From Octopus sinensis (Eukaryota), in NCBI RefSeq assembly GCF_006345805.1, contig NW_021833999.1, positions 1-51,337 of the forward strand: a stretch of 51,337 nt of DNA, in the 5' to 3' direction. Numbering within the stretch: position 1 is the stretch's first letter; each line of letters starts with the position of its first letter. Under the pieces are notes generated by a model that saw only the letters and a program-made list of their open reading frames with translations, ran no database searches and was not told the origin of the DNA. The position numbers were made by a program, and so were the translations under genes. Shown here piece by piece: positions 36,960 through 47,764 of this stretch.

Positions 36960-37137
36960 AGAACAACCTCTGTTGATTAACGAATGGCTTCTTTCTCTCA
37001 GTGTGAAAGGCAGATTGTATGACGGTTGTGTACAAACAGCAGTGGTTTTTGAGCGTGAAATGAGGGCCGTCAACGTAGAGGACATGCGAAGGCTTGAAAG
37101 AAACGGGGCAAGTGTGTTCTGCTGGATGTGCAATGTC
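36960..37137 (+). mobile_element. RTE-clade LINE ORF fragment
   Basis: LSLSVKGRLYDGCVQTAVVFEREMRAVNVEDMRRLERNGASVFCWMCNV resembles the RTE C-terminal region; it abuts a SINE at 37139. Confidence 0.75.
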
Positions 37138-37138
37138 T

Positions 37139-37345
37139 CTTTACTCTTTTACTCTTTTATTTGTTTCAGTCATTTGTCTGCGGCCATGCTAGAGCACCGC
37201 CTTTAGTCGAGCAAATCGACTCCCAGGACTTATTTCTTTGTAAGCCTAGTACTTATTCTATCGGTCTCTTTTGCTGAACCGTTAAGTTACGGGGATGTAA
37301 GCACACCAGCATCGGTTGTCAAGCGATGTTGGGGGGACAAACGCA

Positions 37346-37399
<54 letters not shown>

Positions 37400-37576
37400 A
37401 TACATATATACGACGGGCTTCTTTCAGTTTCCGTCTACCAAATCCATTCACAAGGCTTTGGTCGGCCCGAGGCTATAGTAGAAGACACTTGCCCAAGGTG
37501 CCACGCAGTGGGTCTGAACCCGGGAACCTTGTGGTTCGTAAGCAAGCTACTTACCACACAGCCACTCCTGCGCCTG
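37139..37576 (-). mobile_element. SINE family A, full length
   Basis: Matches the family consensus. Confidence 0.9.
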
Positions 37577-37742
37577 TGTGAATGTAACAGCAAAGTGCTA
37601 ATGTACTGAGAGAAAAGTTAACCCTTTAGTGTTCAGATTATTCTGTCAAATGATGTTTGTTTATTTATATTGTTTTGAATTAATCTTGCATTATCTTGTA
37701 GTTTAGAGATTTCAGTGATGGGATTTTTTAAAGTTTTAGAAT

Positions 37743-38127
37743 GTTGGAAGCACTCCGTCGGTTACGACGACGAGGGTTCTGGTTGATCCGAATCAACGGA
37801 ACAGCCCGCTCGTGAAATTAACGTGTAAGTGGCTGAGCACTCCACAGACACGTGTACCCTTAACGTAGTTCTCGGGGATATTCAGCGTGACACAGAGAGT
37901 GACAAGGCCGGCCCTTTGAAATACAGGTACAACAGAAACAGGAAGTAAGAGTGAGAGAAAGTTGTGGTGAAAGAGTACAGCAGGGATCACCACCATCCCC
38001 TGCCGGAGCCTCGTGGAGCTTTAGGTGTTTTCGCTCAATAAACACTCACAACGCCCGGTCTGGGAATCGAAACCGCGATCCTATGACCGCGAGTCCACTG
38101 CCCTAACCACTGGGCCATTGCGCCTCC
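37743..38127 (-). mobile_element. tRNA(Arg-like)-derived SINE family D, intact, CpG-rich
   Basis: Minus head GGAGGCGCAATGGCCCAGTGGTTAGGGCAGTGGACTCGCGGTCATAGGATCGCGGTTTCGATTCCC with A and B boxes. Related copies at 32630 and 42097. Confidence 0.88.
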
Positions 38128-38287
38128 ACATGGTAGGGCTGAGGTGAGAGGTGAGATCTGGTCAGCTTCAATATAAAACAGGTTAAATATTTTGGCCGGA
38201 TATGGCCAGTTTGAATGCTAAAGGGTTAAATATAAATGGAATCAGATATAGCTTGCAAGAGAGAAGACTGTGCTCGTATGATTAGAT

Positions 38288-38899
38288 CAGGGGTTCTCAA
38301 CCACTTCTTATCTATGGACCCCTTTGGCTACCATTTTTTTCTGGTGGACCTCCGTAGCCATTTAATGTTTAAGAACTAGTTTTATAGGAACTCCTTTCAA
38401 AATTCCTATTTTGCTTATCACACATTCCCTTCTGTAGGTTGAACTATGTAAAATGTGGTTCTCAACCATTTAAAAAAAAATTTTACCTAAGGACCCTTTT
38501 GGTTATCATTTTGCCCTGGTGGACCCCCGTGGCCTCTCGTTTAAAAACTAGTCTCAAAGATCCTTCTTTCAAAATTCCCATTTTGTTTTGCACACATTAA
38601 CTTGTGCAGGTTGAACCATGTAAAATCTTAGAGAAAAAAACCTAACTCTCTCTTGGAGTACATACAAATACATATTATTTACATTATTTTCATTTGACGG
38701 ATATTTGTCCAACCCATGCTAGCATGAAAAGCGGACGTTAAACGATGATGATGATGATTGTCCTCATCTTGTTTGTTGATAACACGTTTCGGCTGATATA
38801 CCCTCCAGCCTTCATCAGGTGTCTTGGAGAAATTTCGAATTTGGGTTCTCATTCCTAAAGGTATTTTTCGATGATGATGATGATGTTGTTGTTGTTGTT

Positions 38900-38958
<59 letters not shown>

Positions 38959-39097
38959 CATTATTATTTTTATTATTCAGGTCACTGCCTGGAATCAAAC
39001 TTGGAATCTTGGGGTTAGTAGCCCGTGGGCATATGGTGTAGTGGTTAAGAGCATAGGCTACTAATCCCAAGATTTCAAGTTCGATTCCAGGCAGTGA

Positions 39098-39129
<32 letters not shown>

Positions 39130-39448
39130 GTAATAACATCGAAAAATACCTCAGAAATGAGAACCCAGGTTCGAAATTTCCCCAAGACACTTGATGAAGG
39201 CTGGAAGGTATATCAACTTGTGTTAACAACAAACAAGATGAGGGCAAATATCCGTCAAATGTAAATAATATAAATAATGTACGTAATTCCTCATCTCTTA
39301 AATATAGAACTGTATTATACAAATACATCTAAAGCAAAATTTTTTCAGGGGTCCCTTATAAAACTTTTGTGGGTCTCCAATTTACTATTTTGTTATGTAG
39401 CCTCCTCTCCCTACAAAATCTGATATGGATTCCGGTTGAGAACCACTG
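38288..39448. mobile_element. hAT-type non-autonomous element hosting a fold-back insertion
   Basis: CAGGGGTTCTCAACC ... GGTTGAGAACCACTG TIRs; flanks GATTAGAT/GTTTAGGT (6/8 match, decayed 8-bp TSD). Confidence 0.65.
38693..39315. mobile_element. Fold-back element: tRNA-like head + (AAT)n + hammerhead-like Penelope-type tail, preceded by an inverted 5'-truncated copy
   Basis: + unit 39026-39315 has A box TGGTGTAGTGG (39034) and B box GTTCGATTCC (39079). The inverted copy runs 39025 to 38693. GACAC-CTGATGA-A-GGCTG...CAGCC-GAAAC-GTGTT on minus at 38781-38823. Confidence 0.8.
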
Positions 39449-39450
39449 GT

Positions 39451-39665
39451 TTAGGTGAGGTTTATGAATGAGGACAGCCGCATAAAGAACTGCCAATTGC
39501 TAAATGTGGATGGAACTTGTGGAAGAGGAAGACCCAGGAAGACATGGGATGAAATAGCGAAGAATGACATCCTGATGCTGAGCCTCGCAGAGATGACAAA
39601 AGACGAAGGTGATTTGTGACTTGCTGTGCTCAAGAAGACCCGTCCATCTCAGCTAGAACGAGGCT
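39451..39665 (+). mobile_element. RTE-clade LINE 3' end fragment
   Basis: + translation ...CQLLNVDGTCGRGRPRKTWDEIAKNDI... carries the RGRPRKTW motif typical of RTE C-termini. Confidence 0.8.
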
Positions 39666-40813
39666 CTTGAGGTATGTTGCTAATGTCTCTGCCCCTGCAC
39701 CCAATCTGTCCCTGATGAATTCCCTCCACCTCCCACAACTCATCTTCCCAGTACCCACCCCTCCATCACTCTTCTGACTACGATACTGCTTACTCAGCTG
39801 CTGTAATTACACATTTCATCTCCACACTTCTCTCCCTTCCTGGGACCACCTCCCTTGTCTCACATATTCTCATTATCCTCCCTCATTACCTTACTTTCCA
39901 CTGAACACCCCTTTCATCGCCACTTTCCCTTGTGCCTCACCCTTTCCTTCGTTTTGACAACAGTAACCCTTTTCCATTGCCTCCATTTGTCCCCCCACTA
40001 TTTCCATCCTTATGTATCTCTAACTTCATCCCTGGCATTGTGCATCTTCCCTTGCCCACCACCTTCACATCATCTCTGCTGCCACCTGTCACCTCCCTGA
40101 CCCATATCTACTCCCCCCATCTTCCTCTCCAAACGACTGGTCTGCCACCTGCGTTCACCATCCACTGCATTTTCCTCTCTATCCTCATCCCTCCATCTCC
40201 CATTTTTCTTTCCCACTCTCACAAACTCACCTACCCATTCACCCTATCCAATCGTCTGGACCTCTTTCCTTGTAGCCCTTTTCCAGTCACTTGAAGGAAC
40301 ACCCTCATACCTCTTCACCACCGTCTTCTCTCTTTTCCAACTGGAGTAGCCATATATCTCCTCTACCACAGGACCTCGGTTCCTGTCCCCCAATACTACT
40401 CCCTCTACAGATTAGGGTTCTTATATGAGGGACTTTGTCTTGCAAGTTACTCGTTGACTTCACTGACACCAGTGCCATGTAAAATGCAGCCAGTATACTC
40501 TAGACCAGTTTTTCTCAATCAGGGCTCCTCAGAAGCCTAGGGTTCCACAAAAGGTTCCTAGGGGTTCCATGAGAAAGAGTGAGATAAGCTAATACTAATT
40601 TCATGATTGTAATACTGTACATGCGCAGCATGTTATTGGTTATTGTAATATAGACATCATCCTATTTAACCTGTTATGTTACCAAAAAAATAATACAACC
40701 ATTGGGGATATATTTAGTAATGCCTGTAGTTTATGGACACCCTATAAATATTTATATATATATGAATGAATGAAAGAATGGAGTCGAACGAAGAAGTTAA
40801 CAAAATTCCTTTA

Positions 40814-40895
40814 CTCTCGACATATGTTTCAAAGACAGCATATTTTTATTCCGAAGGAATAAAGGGTGCATTATGCAATCTTCTCATCAGGAAAG
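40814..40895 (-). ncRNA. Type I hammerhead ribozyme, intact core, palindromic stem III
   Basis: RNA CUUUC-CUGAUGA-GAAGA.UUGCAUA...UAUGCUG.UCUUU-GAA-ACAUAUGU-C-GAGAG. Stem I CUUUC/GAGAG, extended stem II, ACAUAUGU palindrome, GUC cleavage triplet (C at 40819). Confidence 0.85.
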
Positions 40896-40979
40896 ATAAG
40901 GAGCCTCTCTCAACCACAAGATGAACAAAAATTTCGATGATTGCCTACATGTATATATATACACATATATTTATATATA

Positions 40980-41157
40980 TAGTATTTCATACATAAATAT
41001 ATGAGGGAATTTTTTAACCACTATGAGGAAATCCTTATGCTAGAAGAAGATCTGCTATGGTCTCAACCACTAAGACCATAGCGGATCTTCTTCTAGCATA
41101 CGGGTTTCCACATAGTGGTTAAAAAATTTCCCTCTTATATTTATGTATAGAATACTA
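40980..41157. repeat. ~84-bp-arm near-perfect inverted repeat, 9-nt loop
   Basis: ...GCTAGAAGAAGATCTGCTATGGTCT caaccacta AGACCATAGCGGATCTTCTTCTAGC...; arms extend to TAGTATT/AATACTA. Confidence 0.97.
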
Positions 41158-42096
41158 TTTACTGAATCTCATTTTTATATGCTAGACCACTGGTGTTAAA
41201 ATTGATGTTATCAAATTAATATCCAATTTTTCACCCTTATTTTGATTATATATATACATATACATACATATATATATACATATATATATATATGATATTT
41301 ACCATGTGAACTACGTTGAAAAAATATGAGAAAGATATGGTATATACTTTTTTTTTATGCAGGGGTTCTTTGAGACTTGCAATTTATTTTAAGGGTTGCA
41401 CAAAGGTAAAAAGGTTGAGAAATGCTGCTCTAGACTGAACAACAAAACCAAATGAAGTGCTGCTCAGCATTTTGTGCAGTGTATTAACGATTCTGCCATC
41501 TTGCTGCTTGTAATAGTGATGATAATCCTTTCGAGGGACTGGAGAATTTACATCTAACCCCAGTGCATAACTGGTACTTATTTTATCACTCCTGAAAGAA
41601 ACGAACGGTACAGTAAATCTTGATAGATTTTGAACTCAAAACATAAAGCCAGAAAAAAAAAAAAAATGCCTCCAAGAATTTTGTCTGGTGTTGCTAACGA
41701 TTCTGCCAGCTCACCACTACCACCACCAACAACAACAATAACAACAACAACAACAATAATAATAATATAGATAATTACTAATCTCAGAAATTCTAAGAAA
41801 ATTGTTTTAATTTGTTTATTATTTGAATGGGAAGTTGTGTTGTCTTGTGGTTAGGGGGTTTATCATTTAATGTCCATTTTCTGTGCTAGCATGAGTTGGA
41901 TGGTTCAACAGGAGCTTGTCCCTCCACCCTCTGATTTCGCCCCAAATCTGTGCCTATAGTAGAAAGGATTATTATTATTATTATTATCATTATTATTATT
42001 ATTATAGAGTATTTCCTCTGCCGTTATGTTCTGAGTTCAAATTCTGCCGAGGTTGACTTTGCCTTTCATCCTTTTGGGGGTCGATAAACTAAGTAC

Positions 42097-42408
42097 GGAG
42101 GCATAATGGCTCAGTGGTTAGGCAGGCGGACTCGCGGTTGGAGGATCATGGTTTTGATTCCCAGACCGGGCGTTGTGTGTGTTTATTGAGCGAAAACACC
42201 TAAAAGCTCCACGAGGCTCTGGCAGGGGGTGGTGACAACCCCTGTTGTACTCCTTCATCCCAAATTTCTCTCACTCTTTCTTCCTGTTTCTTGAGTAACT
42301 CTGCAATGGACTGGCGTCCCTTCCAGCTGAGGGAAACACATATGCCCCAGAAACTGGGAAACCGGGCCCATGAGCCTGGCTAGGATTGAAAAGGGCACAT
42401 AAATAAAA
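42097..42408 (+). mobile_element. Family D-related SINE nested inside a family B copy (42004-42490)
   Basis: B sequence breaks at AAGTAC and resumes at TACCAGTT; insert head GGAGGCATAATGGCTCAGTGGTTAGG. Confidence 0.8.
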
Positions 42409-42490
42409 TTACCAGTTGCATACTGGGGTCGATCTAATCAGTTGGCCCCCTCCCCCAAAACTTCGGGCCTTGTATATAGAGTAGAAAAGA

Positions 42491-42657
42491 TTCTTCTTCT
42501 TCTATTTTCTTCTTCTCTTTCTTCCATTTCTTCTTCTTCTTCTTCTTCTTCTTCTTCTTCTTCTTCTTCTTCTTCTTCTTCTTCTTCTCTTCTTCTTCTT
42601 CTTCTTCTTCTTCTTCTTCTTCTTCTTCTTCTTCTTCTTCTTCTTCTTCTTCTTCTC
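42491..42657. repeat. (CTT)n microsatellite
   Basis: Direct reading. Confidence 0.97.
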
Positions 42658-42812
42658 ATTATTAATAGGGAGGTGAGCTGGCAGAATCGTTCGCATGCTG
42701 GACAAAATGTGTGGTGGCATTTTATCTTCATGTTCTGAGTTCAAATTCCACTGGGGTTGATTTGCCCTTTCATCCTTTCAGGGCCGATATATTAATTACC
42801 AGTGAAATACTG

Positions 42813-42850
<38 letters not shown>

Positions 42851-42984
42851 TGTCACTGTAATCGACTAGGCCCCCTCCTCACAAATTCCAGGTCTTGTCC
42901 CCTTCAAGCCTTCTGGCTTGGCACTGCTCTCTCCCTTCCGCCACCACCTTCCTCTTGTCTCTGTTTTCCTGATGTCACTCTATC

Positions 42985-43740
42985 ATTTCTACTCCTCCCA
43001 CCACTCTTTCCACTGTCGGACCATTTCTCTCCTCCCCTCACCCTGCCACTGTTTTTTCTCCTCACACTACCCCCTTCTCAGTCCTCTATTGTTTCTACCC
43101 CTCCTATTACCTCTCGCCCCCCACCCCCCCGGCTCCGGTACGTATCTGTCACTCCCACCCACTCCTTTATCTCTTCCCACCACCATTTCTCCCCCTCTTT
43201 CTCTTTAACCCTCCAACATTTCTACTCCTCCCACCACTCTTTCCACTGTGGGACCATTTCTCTCCTCTCCTCCCCTCCCCTGCCACTGTTTTCTCCTCAC
43301 ACCACCCCCTTCTCAGTCCTCTATCGTTTCTACCCCTCCTATTACCTCTTCCCCCTCCTCGCCTCTGGTAGGTATCTGTCGCTCCCACCCACTCCTCAAT
43401 CTCTCTCCCCACCACCCAATTCCTCCCTCCACCATTTCTCCCTCTCTTTCTCTTTAACCCTTCAACATTTCTACTCCTACCACCACTCTTTCTACTGTCA
43501 GACCATTTTTCTCCTCCCCTCCCCCTGCCACTGTTTTTTATTCTCACACCACCCCCTTTTCAGTCCCCTACCGTTTCTATCCTTCTCATTACCTCTTCCC
43601 CCTCCTCGCCTCCGGTACGTATCTGTCGCTCCCACCCACTCTTTTATCTCTCTCCCCACCACCCAATTCCTCCCTCCACCATACCTCCCTCTCCTTCCCT
43701 TTTTACCCTCCAACATTTCTACTCCTCCTCCTTCCCTTTC
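42985..43740. repeat. Pyrimidine-rich tandem repeat, ~3 x 230-247 bp
   Basis: Anchor GTATCTGTC at 43142, 43372 and 43619; + strand almost G-free. Confidence 0.92.
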
Positions 43741-44639
43741 ACTACAACGTCGCAAACATAAAGTCGGAGGTGAACGGAAAATGTGCACGACACAGGTAGG
43801 TAAGGGTTATCTGCCCTTGTTTTGTTTCACTTCTTCTCTTACCACCTCCCCTTCATTACCTCCACCCATTACTCCTTTGTTTATATTATAGATGGGATTA
43901 CAAAAACACAAAAAAGAAACCAAAATAACAACCAAAAAAATATTTCAAACAAGGAATGAAGTGGTGGTGGAGGTGTAGATGGGTGGAGATGTCATGTTAT
44001 TCCTGTTTATTAAATAAAAATAAAATATGTAAGAAATGTAAAAAAAATGCAATAAAAATTTAAATTACATTTAATTTGTTTTTTTTATTTATTTATTTTG
44101 TATGTTCTTTTTTTACCATTTGTATTTCAGGCACATAAGATAGTGTAGTCCTTGATATACTATGCCTGGAAATGAAAAAAATGAATAAAAGACAGCACTC
44201 CAGCATGGCCACAGCCTAATGGCTGAAACAAGTAAAAGATAAAAGATAAAAGAAGGAAAAGACGAGATGGTCATGGCTGGAACGCCTTTGGTTCTTGGTC
44301 TGTTGGATCAAGGTCGAAGTGAAGCTCTGGTGGTGATGTTGAATTTCAGAACAAGCTCCATGAAACATTCGTTAATTAATGCAGTGCTCCCACTGTTTTC
44401 AGCAACGAAGATGGACCAAGTTATGATGAACTGAGACAAGATGGAGTCCTAGATGCATTATGTTTCAGAAAAAAAAGATGGGATGGTCATGGTTGGAATG
44501 CCTTTGATCTTTGGTCTGCTAGATCAAGGTCGATGTCCTGATGATGATGATTTTGATTTTGGAACACTCCTTAATTACTCACTGCTCCCACTGTTTGCAA
44601 TAGTGAAAATGATCCAGGGTATTCCATCTGTGACCATCC

Positions 44640-45330
44640 AGTCTTTTGAGTTTGACACAGTGTATCTAGGACTACATTCTCTAATGTGTCCTGTGTTTTT
44701 TTTTTTCAAGACAATAAGATGGTGATGATTCCAACAGTGACCATCCAGTGTTAACATTTTCTGACATAGTGTATCTAGGATTACAATATCAAATGTATCC
44801 TGTTAATTTCAAGACAGTAAGATAGTGCTTCCAGTCATGCCCATCCCAGTCTTCAGTTTCACATGTCACAGTGTATCTAGGACCACGTTATCTAATGTGT
44901 CCTGTCCGCTTTTTTCCCAAGAGAGTTAAATGGTGCTTCCAGCTATGACCTTCCCAACTTAATTTTCATATGCCACAGTGTATCTAGGACTACATTATCT
45001 AAAGTGTCCTGTCCATTTTTTTCCCAAGAGAGTAAAATGGTGCTTCCAGCTATGACCTTCACAACTTAATTTTCATATGCCACAGTGTATCTAGGACTAC
45101 ATTATCTAAAGTGTCCTGTCCATTTTTTTCCCAAGAGAGTAAAATGGTGCTTCCAGCTATGACCTTCACAACTTAATTTTCATACACCACAGTTTATCTC
45201 GGACTACATCACCTATAGTGTCCTTCAATTTTTTCCTTTTAGTTTTAAGACAGTAATATAAAGCTTCTAGCTGAGGCCACCCAATCTTTCCATTTTTAAA
45301 TGTCACAATGTACCTGGGACTACATTTTCT
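44640..45330. repeat. ~107-bp minisatellite, ~7 copies
   Basis: CACAGTGTATCTAGGAC-like anchor at 44656, 44765, 44867, 44974, 45081, 45188 and ~45304. Confidence 0.9.
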
Positions 45331-45345
45331 TTTTTCTTTTTTTCT

Positions 45346-45716
45346 TTACTTGTTTCAGTCATTTGACTGCGGCCATGCTGGAGCACCGCCTTTAGTCGGG
45401 CAACTCGACCCCGGGACTTATTCTTTGGAAGCCCAGTACTTATTCTATCGGTCTCTTTTGCCGAACCGCTATGTGACGGGGACATAAACACACCAGCATC
45501 GGTTGTCAAGCAATGCTAGGGGGACAAACACAAACACACACATGCATATATATATACATATATACAATGGGCTTCTTTCAGTTTCCGTCTACCAAATCCA
45601 CTCACAAGGCTTTGGTCGGCCCGAGGCTATAGTAGAAGACATTTGCCCAAGGTGCCACGCAGTGGGACTGAACCTGGAACCATGTGGTTTGTAAGCAAGC
45701 TACTTACCACACAGCC
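45346..45716 (-). mobile_element. SINE family A inserted in the last minisatellite unit
   Basis: ACTACATT at 45319 and 45721 flanks the insertion. Confidence 0.88.
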
Positions 45717-45835
45717 ATTTACTACATTATCTAATATGTATTTCCTTATTTTACAAATAAAGAATATTTACATATAGGAGCAAGTATTTTGTGACAGTTG
45801 GAAGTTCTTTGCCAACATTAAGCATTCAACTGTTG

Positions 45836-46293
45836 ATGGCTACCCGCATGGTTCTTGGTCTCAAGCATTTGTCTTATGAAGAAAGGCTGAAGACGCTTGA
45901 CCTTTATTCTCTAGAAAAACGCTGCCACCGTGGTGATCTCATTCTTGCTTACAACATCATAAGCGGAAAGTGTAACCTCTCGAAAGAGCTGTTCTTCACT
46001 CCTATTCCAGAGCGTCGGCTGTGGGGCCATTCCGAAAAGCTCTATCTGCGACGATTTCATCTCAATCGAAGGAGAGGGGCTTTCTCCGTCCGGGTTTGCA
46101 GATCCGTGGAATAAGCTGCCAGACGAGATAGTGAAGATGCCGACGACCACTCGGTTCAAAGACTCTCTTGACCAGAAATGGCCTGAACTCTTTGCATGAA
46201 CACCCTCCATGTACATAACTCCATGTCCCCCTACATGTCCTTGCTTTTTGCTTTTTGAACCAAAAAATTAACTTAACTTAACTTAACTTAACT
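45836..46293 (+). mobile_element. CR1-clade LINE 3' end with (AACTT)n tail
   Basis: LSYEERLKTLDLYSLEKRCHRGDLILAYNII...GHSEKLY...FSVRV then, after a frameshift, WNKLPDEIV; tail TTAACTTAACTTAACTTAACTA. Confidence 0.92.
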
Positions 46294-46879
46294 ATGTTTT
46301 CGTTGCAAAACTGGCCTGTTGTCAGCCAGGTAGACTGAGAGTTTAAACCCCGTTCCATTATTTCTACTATTTCTTAAAAAAAATTTGCTCAGTCAGTGTT
46401 AGGTCAATGTCGACTATTTTTTACCTATGGACTCAAACAGTATTGGCCTTTGCCTTTCCCTTGGGTAACTTCCATAGCATGGAGAGGGGAGATAGGTATG
46501 TGTGGGTGATTGCTGGTCTTCCACAAACAATCTGCCTGGGTTTGTTCCACAGAGGGAAACATTCTAGGTGCAATCCCATGGTCATCCATGACCGAAGGGG
46601 GCCTTAAACATTTAACCTGGTCATATCCAGTCCAAATATCCCACCTGTTTTATGTTCAAACCAGCTAGATGTAACCTCTCACACCTGCCCAACAATATCA
46701 TTCTATAAATAAACTATCACATCCTTGAAGCCTCAAAACTATGAGGTTTGCATTATCAATTGACAACAATATGAACCTCTGCCAGGACAATACCAATGTC
46801 CTCTCAACGATTAGTCAGAGATGATTTTTTAAAATGAGAATGTCTGAAATAAACTCGACTGTTCTCACAAATGAGAATA

Positions 46880-47120
46880 CTAAAAATGAACCTGACCGCT
46901 CTCAAAAATTAAGTAAAAAAAACGGAAAAATAATCCAGAATCTTTGTCCGGTACTGGATTGATCCCAAAATCTAATCAGTTTGTGTTAGTCACAAGGCCA
47001 AACATCCCTGAAAGTTTCATCTGAATCCACCCAGCATTTCTTGAGGTATCTTGTCCATGGACAAACAAACAAACACAACTGAAAAACAATACCTCCACCT
47101 TCTCTAAAGCAGAGGTAATA
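46880..47120 (+). mobile_element. Possible HINE/Helentron-type non-autonomous element
   Basis: GACAAACAAACAAAC followed by 3' hairpin ACCTC...GAGGT-AATA; architecture only. Confidence 0.4.
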
Positions 47121-47174
47121 GAGAAGCATTATACATGACAAAATAACTTGAAAGCTAAACTGTTTCATATATAT

Positions 47175-47309
47175 ATGTAAGAATTTTTTGCGTAATAAGA
47201 TAAAAAAAAACCAAGGCTGTGTAGATATTAGAGCATTTATGTCTAGAAAAGCTCTAATATCTACACAGCCTTGGTTTTTTTTATCATATTACGCAAAAAA
47301 TTCTTATAT
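47175..47309. repeat. ~60-bp-arm inverted repeat, 16-nt loop
   Basis: ...CCAAGGCTGTGTAGATATTAGAGC / GCTCTAATATCTACACAGCCTTGG... Confidence 0.97.
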
Positions 47310-47439
47310 ACACACGCTGACATAGAACCAATGTTGAACCCTTTATTCGCAAAATTATTGAATCTGGAACTTAACTATGGTCTGTCTATAGCACTTATTC
47401 AGCATTATCTGACACCTTTGGGTCTCAATGACACCATTA

Positions 47440-47486
<47 letters not shown>

Positions 47487-47569
47487 CATACACATATATA
47501 TATATACATACACACACACACCTATATATATATATACTTATTTAAAAGCAGCAGAAAATTCAACAAAAC

Positions 47570-47606
47570 CTGTTACTCTGAGTTTCACGTTCCGTTCGTC
47601 GGACAG
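47570..47606 (-). ncRNA. Minimal hammerhead-like motif (U4C variant)
   Basis: RNA CUGU-CCGACGA-ACG-GAA-CGU-GAA-ACUC-A-GAGU-A-ACAG; GUA triplet. Confidence 0.65.
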
Positions 47607-47622
47607 TTTTTGCTAGAAAAAA

Positions 47623-47660
47623 CTGTCCGACGAACGGCAACGTGAAACTCCGAGTAACAG
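47623..47660 (+). ncRNA. Minimal hammerhead-like motif (U4C variant)
   Basis: RNA CUGU-CCGACGA-ACG-GCAA-CGU-GAA-ACUC-C-GAGU-A-ACAG; GNRA-capped stem II, 4-bp stem III with a 1-nt loop, GUA triplet (A at 47656). Confidence 0.7.
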
Positions 47661-47764
47661 GTTTTGTTGAATTTTCTGCTGCTTTTAAATAAAGCATATT
47701 ACACTACTCCTGGTATTTGAGTACTCTTTTTTCCACCTTGTTTCACATTTATGTGTTTACTCCA

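Larger units (their letters stand above)
40506..41427. mobile_element. hAT (Charlie-like) non-autonomous element with perfect 8-bp TSD
   Basis: CTCTAGAC|CAGTTTTTCTCAATC ... GGTTGAGAAATGCTG|CTCTAGAC (TSD at 40498-40505 and 41428-41435). Confidence 0.9.

Noticed and set aside
39026-39100. Possible tRNA gene (also the heads at 38050-38127 and 34966)
   Set aside because: No complete acceptor stem or downstream oligo-T terminator; each continues into a repeat body, so these are SINE heads.
42438-42744. Poly-R/E/K/S/L ORFs
   Set aside because: Translations of the (CTT)n microsatellite.
42821-43891. 356-aa ORF, the longest in the track
   Set aside because: It arises from a G-poor tandem repeat that lacks stop codons; low-complexity S/P/L/H composition with no domain.
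5906-45694. Recurrent ORFs such as ...QIHSQGFGRPEAIVEDTCPRCHAVGLNPEPCGW and MPKMPRSGTEPGTMW...
   Set aside because: Antisense translations of family A SINE copies, not a gene family.
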